The position numbers and the translations under genes are program-made. The notes beneath the pieces were generated by a model. It searched no databases, had not been told where the DNA came from, and was given only the letters and a program-made list of their open reading frames with translations. A stretch of 62,341 nucleotides of DNA, counting the filler, from Caldilineae bacterium (GTDB taxonomy: Bacteria; Chloroflexota; Anaerolineae; DTLA01), in the NCBI GenBank assembly GCA_037446815.1. It is 11 parts of 11 records of this genome, joined end to end, with 100 filler letters (N's around TTAATTAATTAA, not from the genome) between each part and the next. Parts side by side here need not be neighbours in the genome. Positions count along the whole stretch, not along the records: positions 5,816 to 11,528 come from JBBIHX010000181.1; positions 11,629 to 17,333 come from JBBIHX010000182.1; positions 17,434 to 23,070 come from JBBIHX010000183.1; 8 more parts are not named here. One strand, written 5' to 3'. Position 1 is the first letter of the stretch; the number at the start of each line of letters is the position of its first letter. This document shows, one piece after another, positions 9,874-20,105 of the stretch.

Positions 9874-11418
9874 ATGGCAAACAGTGGAGGACGACTCATC
9901 TGGCTCGCCCTGGAGGCGATCCTGGTAGCCGTGGTAGGCGGCGCCCTGGGCTACTTCATCGCCCAGTACCTGAACAAGGCGCGCCTGCGCGAGAAAGAGG
10001 AGCGCGCCCAGGTCATCCTCGCCGAGGCCGAGGCCAAGGCGAAAGACATCATCCTGCAGGCCAAAGACACGGCCCTGAAAATCCGCGAGAGTGCCGAGGC
10101 CGAGATGGAGCGGCGGCGCCAAGACCTGCAGCGCCAGGAGGAACGCCTGCAGCAGCGGCGCGAATCGCTGGATCGCCGCATGGAGAACCTGGAAAACCGC
10201 GAGCGGAAACTGGACCAGCGGCAGAGCAAACTGGACAAGATGGAGAACGAACTCCAGCAGATGTACGATCGGCAGATGCAGGAACTGGAACGCATCGCCG
10301 CCATGACCCAGGACGAGGCCAAGCAGTTGCTGCTGGAGATGGTAGAGCAGAGCGCGCGCCAGGACGCCGCCCGCATCATCCGCGAGGTGGAAGCCGAGGC
10401 GCGCGAACAGGCCGAAGAGAAGGCGCGCGAAATCATCACCGTGGCCATCCAGCGCCTGGCTTCCGACCAGGTGTCGGAGACCACGGTCTCGGTGGTGCCG
10501 CTGCCCAACGACGAGATGAAGGGCCGCATCATCGGGCGCGGTGGCCGCAACATCCGCGCCATTGAGAACGCTACCGGCGTTGACCTCATCGTGGACGACA
10601 CGCCCGAAGCCGTTACCATCTCCAGTTTTGACCCCGTGCGGCGGGAAATCGCGCGCGTCGCCCTGAGCAAGTTGATCACCGATGGCCGCATCCACCCCGC
10701 GCGCATTGAGAAACTGGTCAAAAAGGCCGAGCAAGAGGTGGAGGCCATCATAAAAGAGGACGGCGAGCGTGCGGCGCTGGAGGTCGGCGTGCACGGCCTG
10801 CGCCCCGAACTCATCAACCTCATCGGCCGCCTGCGTTACCGCACCAGTTACGGCCAGAACGTGTATCAGCACTCCCTGGAGTCGGCGCACCTGGCGGGGA
10901 TGATGGCCGCCGAACTGGGCGCCAACGTGCGCGTGGCCAAAGAGGGCGCGCTGCTGCATGACATCGGCAAGGCCGTGGATCACGAGGTGGAAGGGCCTCA
11001 CGCCAGCGTCGGAGCTGAAATCGCCCGCCGCTACGGCGTAAGCCCCGAGGTCGTGAACTGCATCGCCAGCCACCACAACGAGGAGGAGCCGCAGACCCTG
11101 GAGGCCATCATCGTGCAGGCCGCCGATGCCATATCGGGCGCTCGGCCCGGGGCGCGCCGCGAAAGCCTTGAGGCTTATGTCAAGCGCATCAAGGCGCTGG
11201 AGGAGGTCGCCAACTCCTTCCCAGGCGTGGCGCAGTCCTTCGCCATCCAGGCTGGCCGCGAAATCCGCATCATCGTGAAGCCGGAAGAGATTGACGACCT
11301 GGCGGCGATAGAACTGTCCAAGAACATCGCCAGGAAGATAGAGGAGAGCCTGGAATACCCAGGCCAGATCAAGATTTCGGTCATCCGCGAGACGCGCGCG
11401 GTGGAGTACGCCAAGTAG
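9874..11418 (+). CDS. rny: ribonuclease Y
   Basis: N-terminal TM, coiled coil, KH domain ([13 protein letters not shown]), HD domain (LLHDIGK). Confidence 0.98.
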   Translation: MANSGGRLIWLALEAILVAVVGGALGYFIAQYLNKARLREKEERAQVILAEAEAKAKDIILQAKDTALKIRESAEAEMERRRQDLQRQEERLQQRRESLDRRMENLENRERKLDQRQSKLDKMENELQQMYDRQMQELERIAAMTQDEAKQLLLEMVEQSARQDAARIIREVEAEAREQAEEKAREIITVAIQRLASDQVSETTVSVVPLPNDEMKGRIIGRGGRNIRAIENATGVDLIVDDTPEAVTISSFDPVRREIARVALSKLITDGRIHPARIEKLVKKAEQEVEAIIKEDGERAALEVGVHGLRPELINLIGRLRYRTSYGQNVYQHSLESAHLAGMMAAELGANVRVAKEGALLHDIGKAVDHEVEGPHASVGAEIARRYGVSPEVVNCIASHHNEEEPQTLEAIIVQAADAISGARPGARRESLEAYVKRIKALEEVANSFPGVAQSFAIQAGREIRIIVKPEEIDDLAAIELSKNIARKIEESLEYPGQIKISVIRETRAVEYAK

Positions 11419-11470
11419 GCCCACGCCCCGCCGTTCATGATGAGCCGGGGGGACGCTATCCGCGGGTAAC

Positions 11471-11505
11471 AACGTGCGACGCACTTCAGAAGTGCGTCGC
11501 ACGTT
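11471..11505. repeat. 35-bp perfect palindrome, second copy at 16024-16058
   Basis: AACGTGCGACGCACTTC-A-GAAGTGCGTCGCACGTT; may terminate rny transcription. Confidence 0.8.
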
Positions 11506-11646
11506 ATTTTCCCGCGCCTCATCGCGGGNNNNNNNNNNNNNNNNNNNNNNNNNNNNNNNNNNNNNNNNNNNNTTAATTAATTAANNNNNNNNNNNNNNNN
11601 NNNNNNNNNNNNNNNNNNNNNNNNNNNNAGCCCGCCGATGCGAGTC

Positions 11647-12276
11647 TCAGTAGAGAAACGGATTCCCCACCCGCTCGCGGGCAATGGTCGTGGCGGGGCC
11701 GTGGCCCGGATACACCACCGTGTCGGGCGGGAGCGTCAGGAGTTTCGCGCGGATGCTGGCGATAAGCCGATCGTAGTCCCCGCCCGGCAGGTCTGTGCGG
11801 CCGATGCCCATCTGGAACAGGGCGTCGCCGCTGAACACCACGCCCTCGTCCGGCGCGTAGAACGCCACGCCGCCCGGGGAGTGGCCGGGGACATGGAGCA
11901 CCTGAAGGCGCAAGTTGCCCACGCTCAACACGTCGCCGTCGTGCAGGAGCAGGTCGGGCGACGAGCGCGAGCCTTTCATCCCGAACCACGCCGCGCCGCC
12001 CCCCATGGCCAGCATCGGCGCGTCGGCCTCGTGGATGGCGAGCGGCGCGCCCGTCGCGGCCACGATGGCGTCGTTCGCCAGCGTGTGGTCAAAATGGCCG
12101 TGGGTGTTCAGGACGTACACCACGTCCACCCCCATCCGCTTGACGGCGTCCAGAATCTGCTTGGCGTCGCCTCCGGGGTCAATGACCGCGGCCTTGTGGG
12201 TCTCCTCGCAGGCGACGATGTAGCAGTTGGTCATCACAGGCCCGACAACGAGAGTCTCAATCCGCATGTGCCGCAT
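11647..12276 (-). CDS. MBL-fold metallohydrolase (glyoxalase II-like)
   Basis: THGHFDH, PGHSPG, GDALF, YPGHG. Confidence 0.92.
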   Translation of the reverse strand: MRHMRIETLVVGPVMTNCYIVACEETHKAAVIDPGGDAKQILDAVKRMGVDVVYVLNTHGHFDHTLANDAIVAATGAPLAIHEADAPMLAMGGGAAWFGMKGSRSSPDLLLHDGDVLSVGNLRLQVLHVPGHSPGGVAFYAPDEGVVFSGDALFQMGIGRTDLPGGDYDRLIASIRAKLLTLPPDTVVYPGHGPATTIARERVGNPFLY

Positions 12277-12295
12277 GTGCGCTCCTAGCAAGAAG

Positions 12296-12405
12296 TAGCA
12301 ATCAGCCGTTAGCGATCAGCCGCCAGCACTGGGTCCACGGCCTTTAGCCTTTCGCGGCGATCTGCAGCCAGAGGCTAACGGCCAAAGGCTAGAGGTTACC
12401 AATGG
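12296..12405. repeat. inverted heptamer array (YAGCNRT family)
   Basis: TAGCAAT CAGCCGT TAGCGAT CAGCCGC ... AGAGGCT AACGGCC AAAGGCT AGAGGTT. Confidence 0.75.
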
Positions 12406-12470
12406 CTTTTGCGATTCAGGCGAAGAGATTATAATGGGCATAACATGACTGTCAACAAAGGAGCCCCATC

Positions 12471-13364
12471 GTGAATACACCTGCACTTTCTACCATGTGG
12501 ATGCAGCGGCGCCATCGGCATGTCCGCGAGTTCTTGGAGGCGGGCAAGCGCGTTGGATTCACCCGCTTTGAACTGGGCCATGTGGTGCGGCCCGAGATGA
12601 TTGAGGGCATCACCCGCGCCGACGGCGAGTTTCCCAGCATCCACGCGCCTTGCCCCACCACCGTCGGCCTGGGCGGCGCAGCCGGAATCGTGGTCAGCGC
12701 GCTGGACGAGGACAAGCGCCGCGCCGCCGTGGATTTGCACGTGCAGACCATGGACTGGGCGGTGGCGTTGGGTTGTCGCGTCATCGTCATGCACATCGGC
12801 CATGCGGAGATAGACCGCGGCCTGGAGCGCGAGATGCGCCGCCTGTACATCGCCCGCCAGGAGGATTCCCCGCGGTACGCGGCGTTGCGCGCGCAACTGC
12901 AGGCGGCCCGCGCGGCCCACGTCGGGCCTCACCTGGACGCCGTGCGGCGCAGCCTGGAGACCCTCGCGCGGGAGGCCGCCCGTCGGGGGCTGCGCCTGGC
13001 CGTGGAGAACCGCTACTACTACCATGAGATTCCGACCCCCGCCGAAGCGCACGCGCTTCTGGCCGAGTTCGGCGACGTGGAGTTCTGGTACGACACGGGG
13101 CACGCCCACGTGCAGCACAACCTGGGCCTCATCCCGTACCGCGACTGGCTGAACGGGCTGAGCGCGCGGCTGGCGGGCATCCACGTGCACGATGTCATCG
13201 GGACGCGCGATCACCTGGTGTGCGGCCTGGGCGAGGTGGATTGGCCGTGGGTGCGCGAGCACCTGAAACCGGACACCTTCCGCACGTGCGAGTTTGACTG
13301 GTACTTTGAGGCCGAGCACTTATGGCCAGGGGTGGAGTTCCTTCGGAAGGCAGGGTGCCTGTAG
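12471..13364 (+). CDS. sugar phosphate isomerase/epimerase family TIM-barrel protein
   Basis: LAVENR, YDTGHAH, GIHVHD, DHL..GLGEVDW, CE. Confidence 0.85.
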   Translation: MNTPALSTMWMQRRHRHVREFLEAGKRVGFTRFELGHVVRPEMIEGITRADGEFPSIHAPCPTTVGLGGAAGIVVSALDEDKRRAAVDLHVQTMDWAVALGCRVIVMHIGHAEIDRGLEREMRRLYIARQEDSPRYAALRAQLQAARAAHVGPHLDAVRRSLETLAREAARRGLRLAVENRYYYHEIPTPAEAHALLAEFGDVEFWYDTGHAHVQHNLGLIPYRDWLNGLSARLAGIHVHDVIGTRDHLVCGLGEVDWPWVREHLKPDTFRTCEFDWYFEAEHLWPGVEFLRKAGCL

Positions 13365-13372
13365 GCGGCAGC

Positions 13373-13530
13373 AATTCGTGCCGATTCGTGTTGTTCGCGG
13401 AGAATCAGGGGCACAGCGCGGGGCTAAACCCCCGCGCTGAGGGAAGAAGCCCCTTCGGGGCTCGCGCCAGCCCAATTCGTGCCGATTCGCGCTATTCGTG
13501 GATGTTCCTACAATCCGTGTAATCCGCGGA
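13373..13530. repeat. cluster of 9-mer (ATTCGTGCC/ATCCGTG) repeats and a GC-rich hairpin
   Basis: CAATTCGTGCCGATTCG occurs twice; CAGCGCGGGG..CCCCGCGCTG hairpin; related 9-mers at 5603-5670, 15945-16100 and 31490-31540. Confidence 0.6.
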
Positions 13531-13545
13531 TGAGGAGGTAGCGCC

Positions 13546-15234
13546 ATGCGATTGTCCCAACTTTTCGGCAACACGCTGCGCGACGCGCCGTCGGATGCGG
13601 AACTGCCCAGCCACCGCCTGCTCATTCGGGCGGGGATGATCCGCCCCGTGGCCAGCGGCATCTTCGCGCTCCTGCCCCTGGGCTGGCGCGTGCTCAGCAG
13701 GGTTCAGGCCATCATCCGCGAGGAGATGAACCGCATCGGCGGCCAGGAGATGCTCATGCCGCTGGTCAACCCCGCGGACCTGTGGCGCGCCACGGGGCGC
13801 TACGACTCCGTCGGGCCCGAACTGGTGCGCTTCCAGGATCGGGCCGGGCGCGACATGGTGCTCGCCATGACCCACGAGGAGGTCGCCACCCTACTGGCGG
13901 CGGGGGAAATCCGCTCCTACCGGCACCTGCCCGCGCTCATCTACCACTTCCAGACCAAGTTCCGCGACGAGCCGCGCCCCCGTGGGGGACTCATCCGCGT
14001 CCGCGAGTTCATCATGAAGGACTCCTACTCGCTGGACGTGGACGAGGCAGGGCTAGAGGCCCAGTACCAGGCGCACTACGATGCCTACGGGCGCATCTTC
14101 GCCCGCTGCGGGGTCAGGGCCATCGCCGTGCAGGCGTCCACGGGGATGATGGGCGGGGCGGCGTCCCACGAGTGGATGGCAGAGAGTCCCCACGGCGAGG
14201 ACACGCTATTCCTGTGCGACGCCTGCGGATACGCGGCCAACGAGGAGGTCGCCGAATTCGCGCTGCCGCCGCTGCCCGCCGAGGAGCCATTGTCGTTGGA
14301 GGAGGTCGCCACGCCCGACTGCAAGACCATCCAGGCGGTGGCCGATTTCCTGGGCGTGCCCACGCACAAGACCATGAAGGCCGTATTCTACTCCGCGGGC
14401 GAGCGGCTCATCTTCGCCGTCATCCGCGGGGATTTGGAGGTGAACGAGGCCAAGTTGTGCCGCGTTCTGGGCGTGGGCGGCGTCGCGCCGGCGGATGAGG
14501 CAGCGCTGGCGAGGGCCGGCATCGCCGCCGGGTACGCCTCGCCCATCGGCGTGCGCGGCGCGACGGTTGTCGCCGACCCCAGCATCACCACGGGCGCCAA
14601 CTTCGTCGCGGGAGCCAACCGCCCGGGCTACCACGTGCGCAACGCCAACTACCCGCGCGACTTCCGGGCCGACATCTTCGCGGACATTGCCGCGGCCTAC
14701 GATGGCGCGCCCTGCCCGCGATGCGGCGCCCCCCTGCGCTCCACCCGCGCCGTTGAGGTGGGCCACCAGTTCAAACTGGGCACGCGCTACAGCGAGGCCC
14801 TCGGCGCGACGTACCTGGACGCCGACGGCGCCGAGCGGCCCATCGTCATGGGGTCTTACGGCATCGGGCTGGGGCGGCTCATGGCGGTCATCGTGGAGCA
14901 GCACCACGATGAGTGGGGCATCGTGTGGCCCGCGTCCGTCGCGCCGTTTGACGTGCACGTGGTGGGGCTGAACCTGGAGGACGAGGGGGTGCGCGCTGCC
15001 GCCGAGGATGTGTACCGCGAACTGGGCGACGCGGGGCTGGATGTGCTGTATGACGACCGGGCCGAGAGTCCGGGCGTCAAATTCGCCGACGCCGACCTCA
15101 TCGGTGTGCCCGTGCGGGTTACCGTCAGCCGCCGCGCCCTGAAGCAGGGCGGCGTGGAATTCAAGCGGCGCGGCCAGAAGGAGGTCTCGGTGATTCCCCG
15201 CGACCGATTGCTCATCACGTTACGTGGGGGGTGA
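13546..15234 (+). CDS. proS: proline--tRNA ligase with editing domain
   Basis: MTHEE, QTKFRDEPRPRGGLIRVREFIMKDSYS, EVGHQFKLG, MGSYGIG. Confidence 0.98.
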   Translation: MRLSQLFGNTLRDAPSDAELPSHRLLIRAGMIRPVASGIFALLPLGWRVLSRVQAIIREEMNRIGGQEMLMPLVNPADLWRATGRYDSVGPELVRFQDRAGRDMVLAMTHEEVATLLAAGEIRSYRHLPALIYHFQTKFRDEPRPRGGLIRVREFIMKDSYSLDVDEAGLEAQYQAHYDAYGRIFARCGVRAIAVQASTGMMGGAASHEWMAESPHGEDTLFLCDACGYAANEEVAEFALPPLPAEEPLSLEEVATPDCKTIQAVADFLGVPTHKTMKAVFYSAGERLIFAVIRGDLEVNEAKLCRVLGVGGVAPADEAALARAGIAAGYASPIGVRGATVVADPSITTGANFVAGANRPGYHVRNANYPRDFRADIFADIAAAYDGAPCPRCGAPLRSTRAVEVGHQFKLGTRYSEALGATYLDADGAERPIVMGSYGIGLGRLMAVIVEQHHDEWGIVWPASVAPFDVHVVGLNLEDEGVRAAAEDVYRELGDAGLDVLYDDRAESPGVKFADADLIGVPVRVTVSRRALKQGGVEFKRRGQKEVSVIPRDRLLITLRGG

Positions 15235-15235
15235 G

Positions 15236-15571
15236 ATGCAAACCCAGGACATGGTTCAGGTCAAAGTTCTGTATACCGAAGGGTGCGCCAACACGCCGCC
15301 CACCGTGCAGCGGATTCGGGAAGTGGCGGCGGAGTTGGGCATCCACATCGCCCTCACGCAGGTGCTTGTCAGCACGACGGAGGAGGCCGAGGCGCATCGC
15401 TTTCTCGGCAGCCCGACGGTGCAGGTCAACGGGCTGGACCTGGACCCCGCCGTGCGAGGCGTGCGCGACTTCGGCTTCACCTGACGCCGGTACGGGGCAT
15501 CGGCGGTGCCCTCGCGAGAGATGATCGCCGCGGCGCTGCGGGAGGCAATGGGCCCATCGCCATCGGCGTGA
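15236..15571 (+). CDS. thioredoxin-like (DUF2703/DF family-like) selenoprotein with in-frame UGA at 15482-15484
   Basis: LYTEGCAN..FLGSPTVQVNGLDL..FGFT-UGA-RRYGASAVPSREMIAAAL; the UGA sits at the Cys of the family C-R-x-Y motif; SECIS-like hairpin follows. Confidence 0.8.
15494..15512 (+). promoter_or_regulatory. putative bacterial SECIS element
   Basis: GGGGCATC-GGC-GGTGCCCT stem-loop; loop G is 18 nt after the UGA. Confidence 0.65.
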
Positions 15572-15681
15572 GACGTGCATCCGGGAACAGCTGTCTTTGC
15601 CATGTGTGCTTTCATGTGGGCAGGAATACACTGCTGAGGCGCAGAGCAGAGGCAGGCGGGGCAGATCTCGGGCCTACCGCT

Positions 15682-15785
15682 ACTCTGCCTTCCCCGCGGT
15701 GAACCCCTTTTTTCACCGCGGAGGCACAGAGGATCCGGAGGACAGAGAAACAAAATCAATTCCCTCTGCGATCTCAGCGGCTCTG
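15682..15785. repeat. family C repeat (CACCGCRGAGRCGCAGAG / CTCTGCG..CCGCGGTG)
   Basis: Copies also at 18677-18745, 24567-24735 and 31555-31662. Confidence 0.7.
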
Positions 15786-15807
15786 AAGGATTTCGTAGAG
15801 CGAATTG

Positions 15808-15907
15808 NNNNNNNNNNNNNNNNNNNNNNNNNNNNNNNNNNNNNNNNNNNNNNNNNNNNNNNNNNNNNNNNNNNNNNNNNNNNNNNNNNNNNNNNNNNNN
15901 NNNNNNN
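15808..15907. other. 100-N scaffold gap, probably an unmerged overlap
   Basis: TCGTAGAGCGAATTG lies immediately before and immediately after the gap. Confidence 0.7.
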
Positions 15908-16173
15908 TCGTAGAGCGAATTGCCAATGTGCTCTACTTTGCCCCATTCGTGCAGTCTGCGTTATCCGTGGTACACAACCCTGGAGATGCTTCGCCTTCGG
16001 CTCAGCATGACAGATGGGGGCGTAACGTGCGACGCACCTCGGAGGTGCGTCGCACGTTGAGCACATGTCCCTATTCGCGCAGATTCGTGTTATTCGTGGA
16101 TACCGTCCCGCGAAGGTGCTTCGCCCGCAATGACGGGGTGCGGGTCTGTTCCGCATTCGCGCCAGGCCGCGAA

Positions 16174-16201
16174 TTGCATTTCCCGCGCCGCCTGTTATAA
16201 T
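16174..16201 (+). promoter_or_regulatory. promoter of the LysR gene
   Basis: TTGCAT-16-TATAAT with an extended -10 TG. Confidence 0.55.
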
Positions 16202-16233
16202 GTGCACAAATGAATGCATAAGCGAGAGGGCAT

Positions 16234-17160
16234 ATGCTAGACATTCACAGGATCGCGATCTTCCTGAGCGCCGTTGAAGAGCACAGTTTTTCCGGCGCCG
16301 CGAAGCGCCTGAAGATGAGCCAGCCCGCGGTCAGCCTCCAGATTCAGGCCCTGGAACAACAGTTGGGTGTGGAACTGTTCCGCCGGACGGGGCGCGCGGT
16401 TGCCCTCACCGAGGCGGGGCGGGCGCTCGTGCCCCTCGCCCGCCAGATGATGGGCCTCTCCAGGCACATTGAGGAGACCATGTGCGCGCTGCGAGGCAAA
16501 CTCGTCGGGCAACTTCTCATCGGCTGCGCCGCGACCCCTGCACAGTACCTCTTGCCGCGCCTCATCCTTCTCTTCAAGCAGCAGCACCCCGAAGTCATCA
16601 TCCAGATGAAGACCATGGACGCGGAAACGGCTGTGCAGCGCGTGCTGGACCAGGAGATTCACATGGGGGTCGTGGCCTACGAGCCTCACCATCGCAACTT
16701 CTACGTGCGCGAGTTCATGGAGGACGACACCGTGCTCCTAGTCTCGGCCGAGCATCCCTGGGCCGACAGGCGCGAAATCTCGCTTCGGGAACTCGCCGAC
16801 CCTAGCATCCCGCTCCTACGCGAGCACAATCACCCTGCGTCGGACCCGCTGTGGCGCGCACTGGAAAGGGCCGTGGGGTCGCCCGAGCGGATGCAGGCCA
16901 TCTTGGACATCGGGTGCACCGAATCGGCCATCTCCGCTGTGGAGGCGAACCTGGGCGTGGCCGTATTGTCCGGCGTAGCCGCGCGCCAGGCCGAGAAGCG
17001 GGGGCGCACCCGCGCGATTCCCTTCGCCGAGGGCCCCTTCAAGCGAACCCTGTACTTCTTCAGCAACACCGAGAACCCCGAGGTATGCGCCCGCGTCGGC
17101 TTCTGTGACTTCGTGCACACGGCAGAGGCAATGGCGCTGGTGGAGGAATGGATCGCCTGA
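16234..17160 (+). CDS. LysR family transcriptional regulator (CysL-like)
   Basis: SFSGAAKRLKMSQPAVSLQIQALEQQLGVELFRR HTH. Confidence 0.95.
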   Translation: MLDIHRIAIFLSAVEEHSFSGAAKRLKMSQPAVSLQIQALEQQLGVELFRRTGRAVALTEAGRALVPLARQMMGLSRHIEETMCALRGKLVGQLLIGCAATPAQYLLPRLILLFKQQHPEVIIQMKTMDAETAVQRVLDQEIHMGVVAYEPHHRNFYVREFMEDDTVLLVSAEHPWADRREISLRELADPSIPLLREHNHPASDPLWRALERAVGSPERMQAILDIGCTESAISAVEANLGVAVLSGVAARQAEKRGRTRAIPFAEGPFKRTLYFFSNTENPEVCARVGFCDFVHTAEAMALVEEWIA

Positions 17161-17221
17161 GGATGCAGGCAGCGAGGCGAGCGGGGCGCGGCCCTGTCGG
17201 GGCTGCTCGGTTCCGAGTTTG

Positions 17222-17333
17222 GATTCGGTTCCAAAGTGTGTTGGTAGCCGTCATTGCGAGGGCACGCAGTGCCCGAAGCAATCTCCGGGGCGTGGGATTG
17301 CTTCGCTTCGCTCGCAATGACACACGGGCAGTG
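17222..17333. mobile_element. MITE copy truncated by the contig end
   Basis: GATTCGGTTCCA left TIR plus core; other partial copies at 28729-28778, 34332-34423, 45526-45570, 51223-51258, 59735-59855 and 23171-23184. Confidence 0.75.
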
Positions 17334-17433
17334 NNNNNNNNNNNNNNNNNNNNNNNNNNNNNNNNNNNNNNNNNNNNTTAATTAATTAANNNNNNNNNNN
17401 NNNNNNNNNNNNNNNNNNNNNNNNNNNNNNNNN

Positions 17434-18572
17434 AGGCCGGTCCAATGCCCGTGGCGCGGCGACTGCTCCCACAGCACATCCACCGTCCGCCCCACGAACC
17501 GCTCCGCATACGCCGCAGCCAGTTTGGCCCCCAGCGCCCGCAGTTCGGCAGCCCTCCGTAGGATCACATCCTGCGCCACGGCGTTGGGCATGGCGGCTGC
17601 CGCCGTCCCAGGCCGCGCCGAGAACGGGAAGACGTGCATACGGGCGAAGCCCACGTGTTCCGCCAGCGCCAGCGTGGCCCGATGGTCGTCCTCCGTCTCG
17701 CCGGGGAATCCGCAGATGATGTCCGTCGCGATGGCGGCGTCGGGCAGCGCGCGCCGTATCGCCTCCACCAGCGCGGCGAATTCGCCCGCCGCGTAGGGCC
17801 GATTCATGCGCCGCAGCACGGCATCGCTGCCGCTCTGCAGGGGCAGGTGAAAATGCGGGCAGAGGCGCGGGTCGGCCCAGAGGTCCAGCCACTCCGGGCG
17901 GAAACTCCACGGCTCCACCGACGAAAGGCGCACGCGGGCGATCGGCGTCTCGCCGAGGATGCGCCCGAGCAGGCCGCCCAAGTCGGGGCCGGCGGCGTCC
18001 TGCCCGTATGCGCCGATGTTCACGCCGGTCAGTACGACTTCCTTGCGGCACGCGTCGGCGGCGCGCTGCACCTCGGCGACGACCTCATCGGCCGGCACCG
18101 ACCGCGACGCCCCCCGCGCGATGTGCACCACGCAGTAGGCGCAGGCGTTGTCGCAGCCGTCCTGTATCTTGACGAAGGCGCGCGTGCGCGGCCAGGTGGG
18201 CAGCCCCGACTCGCGGCGCTCCGACGGCGCGCCGGGGCCAACCCGCTCCCGCAGGATGTCCGCCAGGCGCGCCTTGTCGCGGTTGCCCACGATGAGGTCG
18301 GGCTGCGCGGCGCCCTCCACCTCCTGCGGCCACAGTTCGGCGTAGCACCCCGTCGCCACCAGGTGCGCGTTGGGGGCCTCGGCGCGCAGGCGGCGCAGGG
18401 CCTGGCGGGACTTGCGGGCGGCCTCGGCGGTAACCGCGCACGTGTTCAGCACCACGACGTCGGCCTCGCCCGCGGGCGACGGTTCCCAGCCCGCCCGCTC
18501 CAGTTGCGCCAGCAGCGCGTCCATCTCGCTCTGATTCAGTTTGCAGCCCAGGGATGCCACATGGACTTTCAT
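17434..18572 (-). CDS. mtaB: tRNA methylthiotransferase MtaB (3' truncated)
   Basis: LGCKLNQSE, NTCAVT, KIQDGCDNACAYC radical SAM motif, HLPLQSGSD. Confidence 0.9.
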
Positions 18573-18871
18573 ACTGTTCCGTAGAGACAAAATCAGGGCC
18601 TCGCGGCGAACGCGGCCCTGACTGACTGTACCACCGGGGGGGAGACCTGTCAAGTTGCCCTGTGGTGCCTGCAATTGCACCGCGGAGACGCAAGAACACA
18701 GGGCCTCCCCTGTATTTCTCCGCGTCCTCTCCGTTCTCCGCGGTGAATTCCAGCCGTCGGCTCAGAACGGCGGCTGGCGGACGCGGAGTTTGATTTTTGC
18801 CCCGACTTCGTATAAGATGAGCGCGCTGCCCGAGCCTGGGCAGCCCACTCTCCCGAAGGAGGCACTTGAAC

Positions 18872-19321
18872 ATGCAGGTACTGCTGCTCAAGGATGTTCC
18901 GAATCTCGGCAAGGCGGGCACGGTCAAGAACGTGGCCGATGGCTACGCGCGTAACTACCTCTTCCCCCAGAAGCTGGCCGTGCCGGCGACGCCGGAAGCC
19001 ATGAAGCAGGCCGAGGCCATCCGCAAGGCCGCCCTGCGCAGGCAGCAACGCATTGAAGAAGAGGCCGAGGCCCTGGCCAAGGAATTGGAGGCGATCACCC
19101 TCACCTTCAGGGCCAAGGCGGGCGAATCGGGTAAACTCTACGGCTCCGTTACCGCCGGCCACATCGCGGAGGCCCTGTCGGCCAAGATGGGCATGGAGTT
19201 TGACAAGCGCAAGATTGACCTGGAGGACTCGCTCAAGGAACTCGGCGAGCACCGGGTGCGCATCAAACTGGCCCCCACCATATCCGGCTTTGTTCGGGTC
19301 GTGATAGAACCCGAGGAATGA
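18872..19321 (+). CDS. rplI: 50S ribosomal protein L9
   Basis: [36 protein letters not shown]. Confidence 0.98.
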   Translation: MQVLLLKDVPNLGKAGTVKNVADGYARNYLFPQKLAVPATPEAMKQAEAIRKAALRRQQRIEEEAEALAKELEAITLTFRAKAGESGKLYGSVTAGHIAEALSAKMGMEFDKRKIDLEDSLKELGEHRVRIKLAPTISGFVRVVIEPEE

Positions 19322-19337
19322 ATCCCTGCCCGCCCAC

Positions 19338-20105
19338 ATGGATCGGCTGACGATTTTCTGGATACTGATGGCCGCCACGGTCGCGCTGTTTCTGTGGGGC
19401 GTGGCGGCCAATGTCTCCATCTATCGGCGGGGGCGCTTGCCCGATGGCCTGCCCCGCGCCCCGCGCCTGGGTCGCGCTCTGGGCGCGCTGCTGGCCGATG
19501 GGCTGCTCCACCGATCGCTGTTTCGGGAGGCCAAGGCGCGCTGGGCGGCCCATACCCTGTTCGCCGTTGGCTTCCTCCTGCTGTTCGCCCTCAGCACGTT
19601 CACGGGGTTCTTTGAGGAAATCCTGCGCCGCGCCCTGGGCGTGGAGACGCCCTTCGTGCTCGCCGTCGTGAACAAGGACACGCCCATCATGGCGCTGCTC
19701 AATGAGATTCTCGGAGTGCCGCTCCTGGCGGGTTGGCTCGCCCTTGTGGTGCGGCGCTACATCCTGCGCCCCGCCCAACTGCGCAACGAGGCCGACGATG
19801 CCTGGGTGCTGGCGCTCCTGGGCATTGGCCTGCTGACGGGCTATCCCACCGAGGCGCTGCGGCTCCTGGCGGAGGGGACTTCGGCAGCGGCGGGGAGCGT
19901 CTCGTTCATCGGCTACCCGCTGGCCCAGGCGTTGCGCCCGTTGGCGCTGCCGTGGGCGGAGTGGCACTTCGCCCTGTTCTTTGTCCACGTCCTGCCGTTC
20001 ATGGCGCTCCTGGTGTACATGCCGTACAGCAAGTTCTTCCACGCCATGGTCGCGCCGATTGTGGCCACGGTGAACGCGCTCGGGCGGGAGGAGGCGGCCG
20101 CATGA
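19338..20105 (+). CDS. NarI/HdrE-like membrane cytochrome b subunit
   Basis: Several TM helices, RWAAHTLF, HV...YMPYSKFFH motif. Confidence 0.8.
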   Translation: MDRLTIFWILMAATVALFLWGVAANVSIYRRGRLPDGLPRAPRLGRALGALLADGLLHRSLFREAKARWAAHTLFAVGFLLLFALSTFTGFFEEILRRALGVETPFVLAVVNKDTPIMALLNEILGVPLLAGWLALVVRRYILRPAQLRNEADDAWVLALLGIGLLTGYPTEALRLLAEGTSAAAGSVSFIGYPLAQALRPLALPWAEWHFALFFVHVLPFMALLVYMPYSKFFHAMVAPIVATVNALGREEAAA

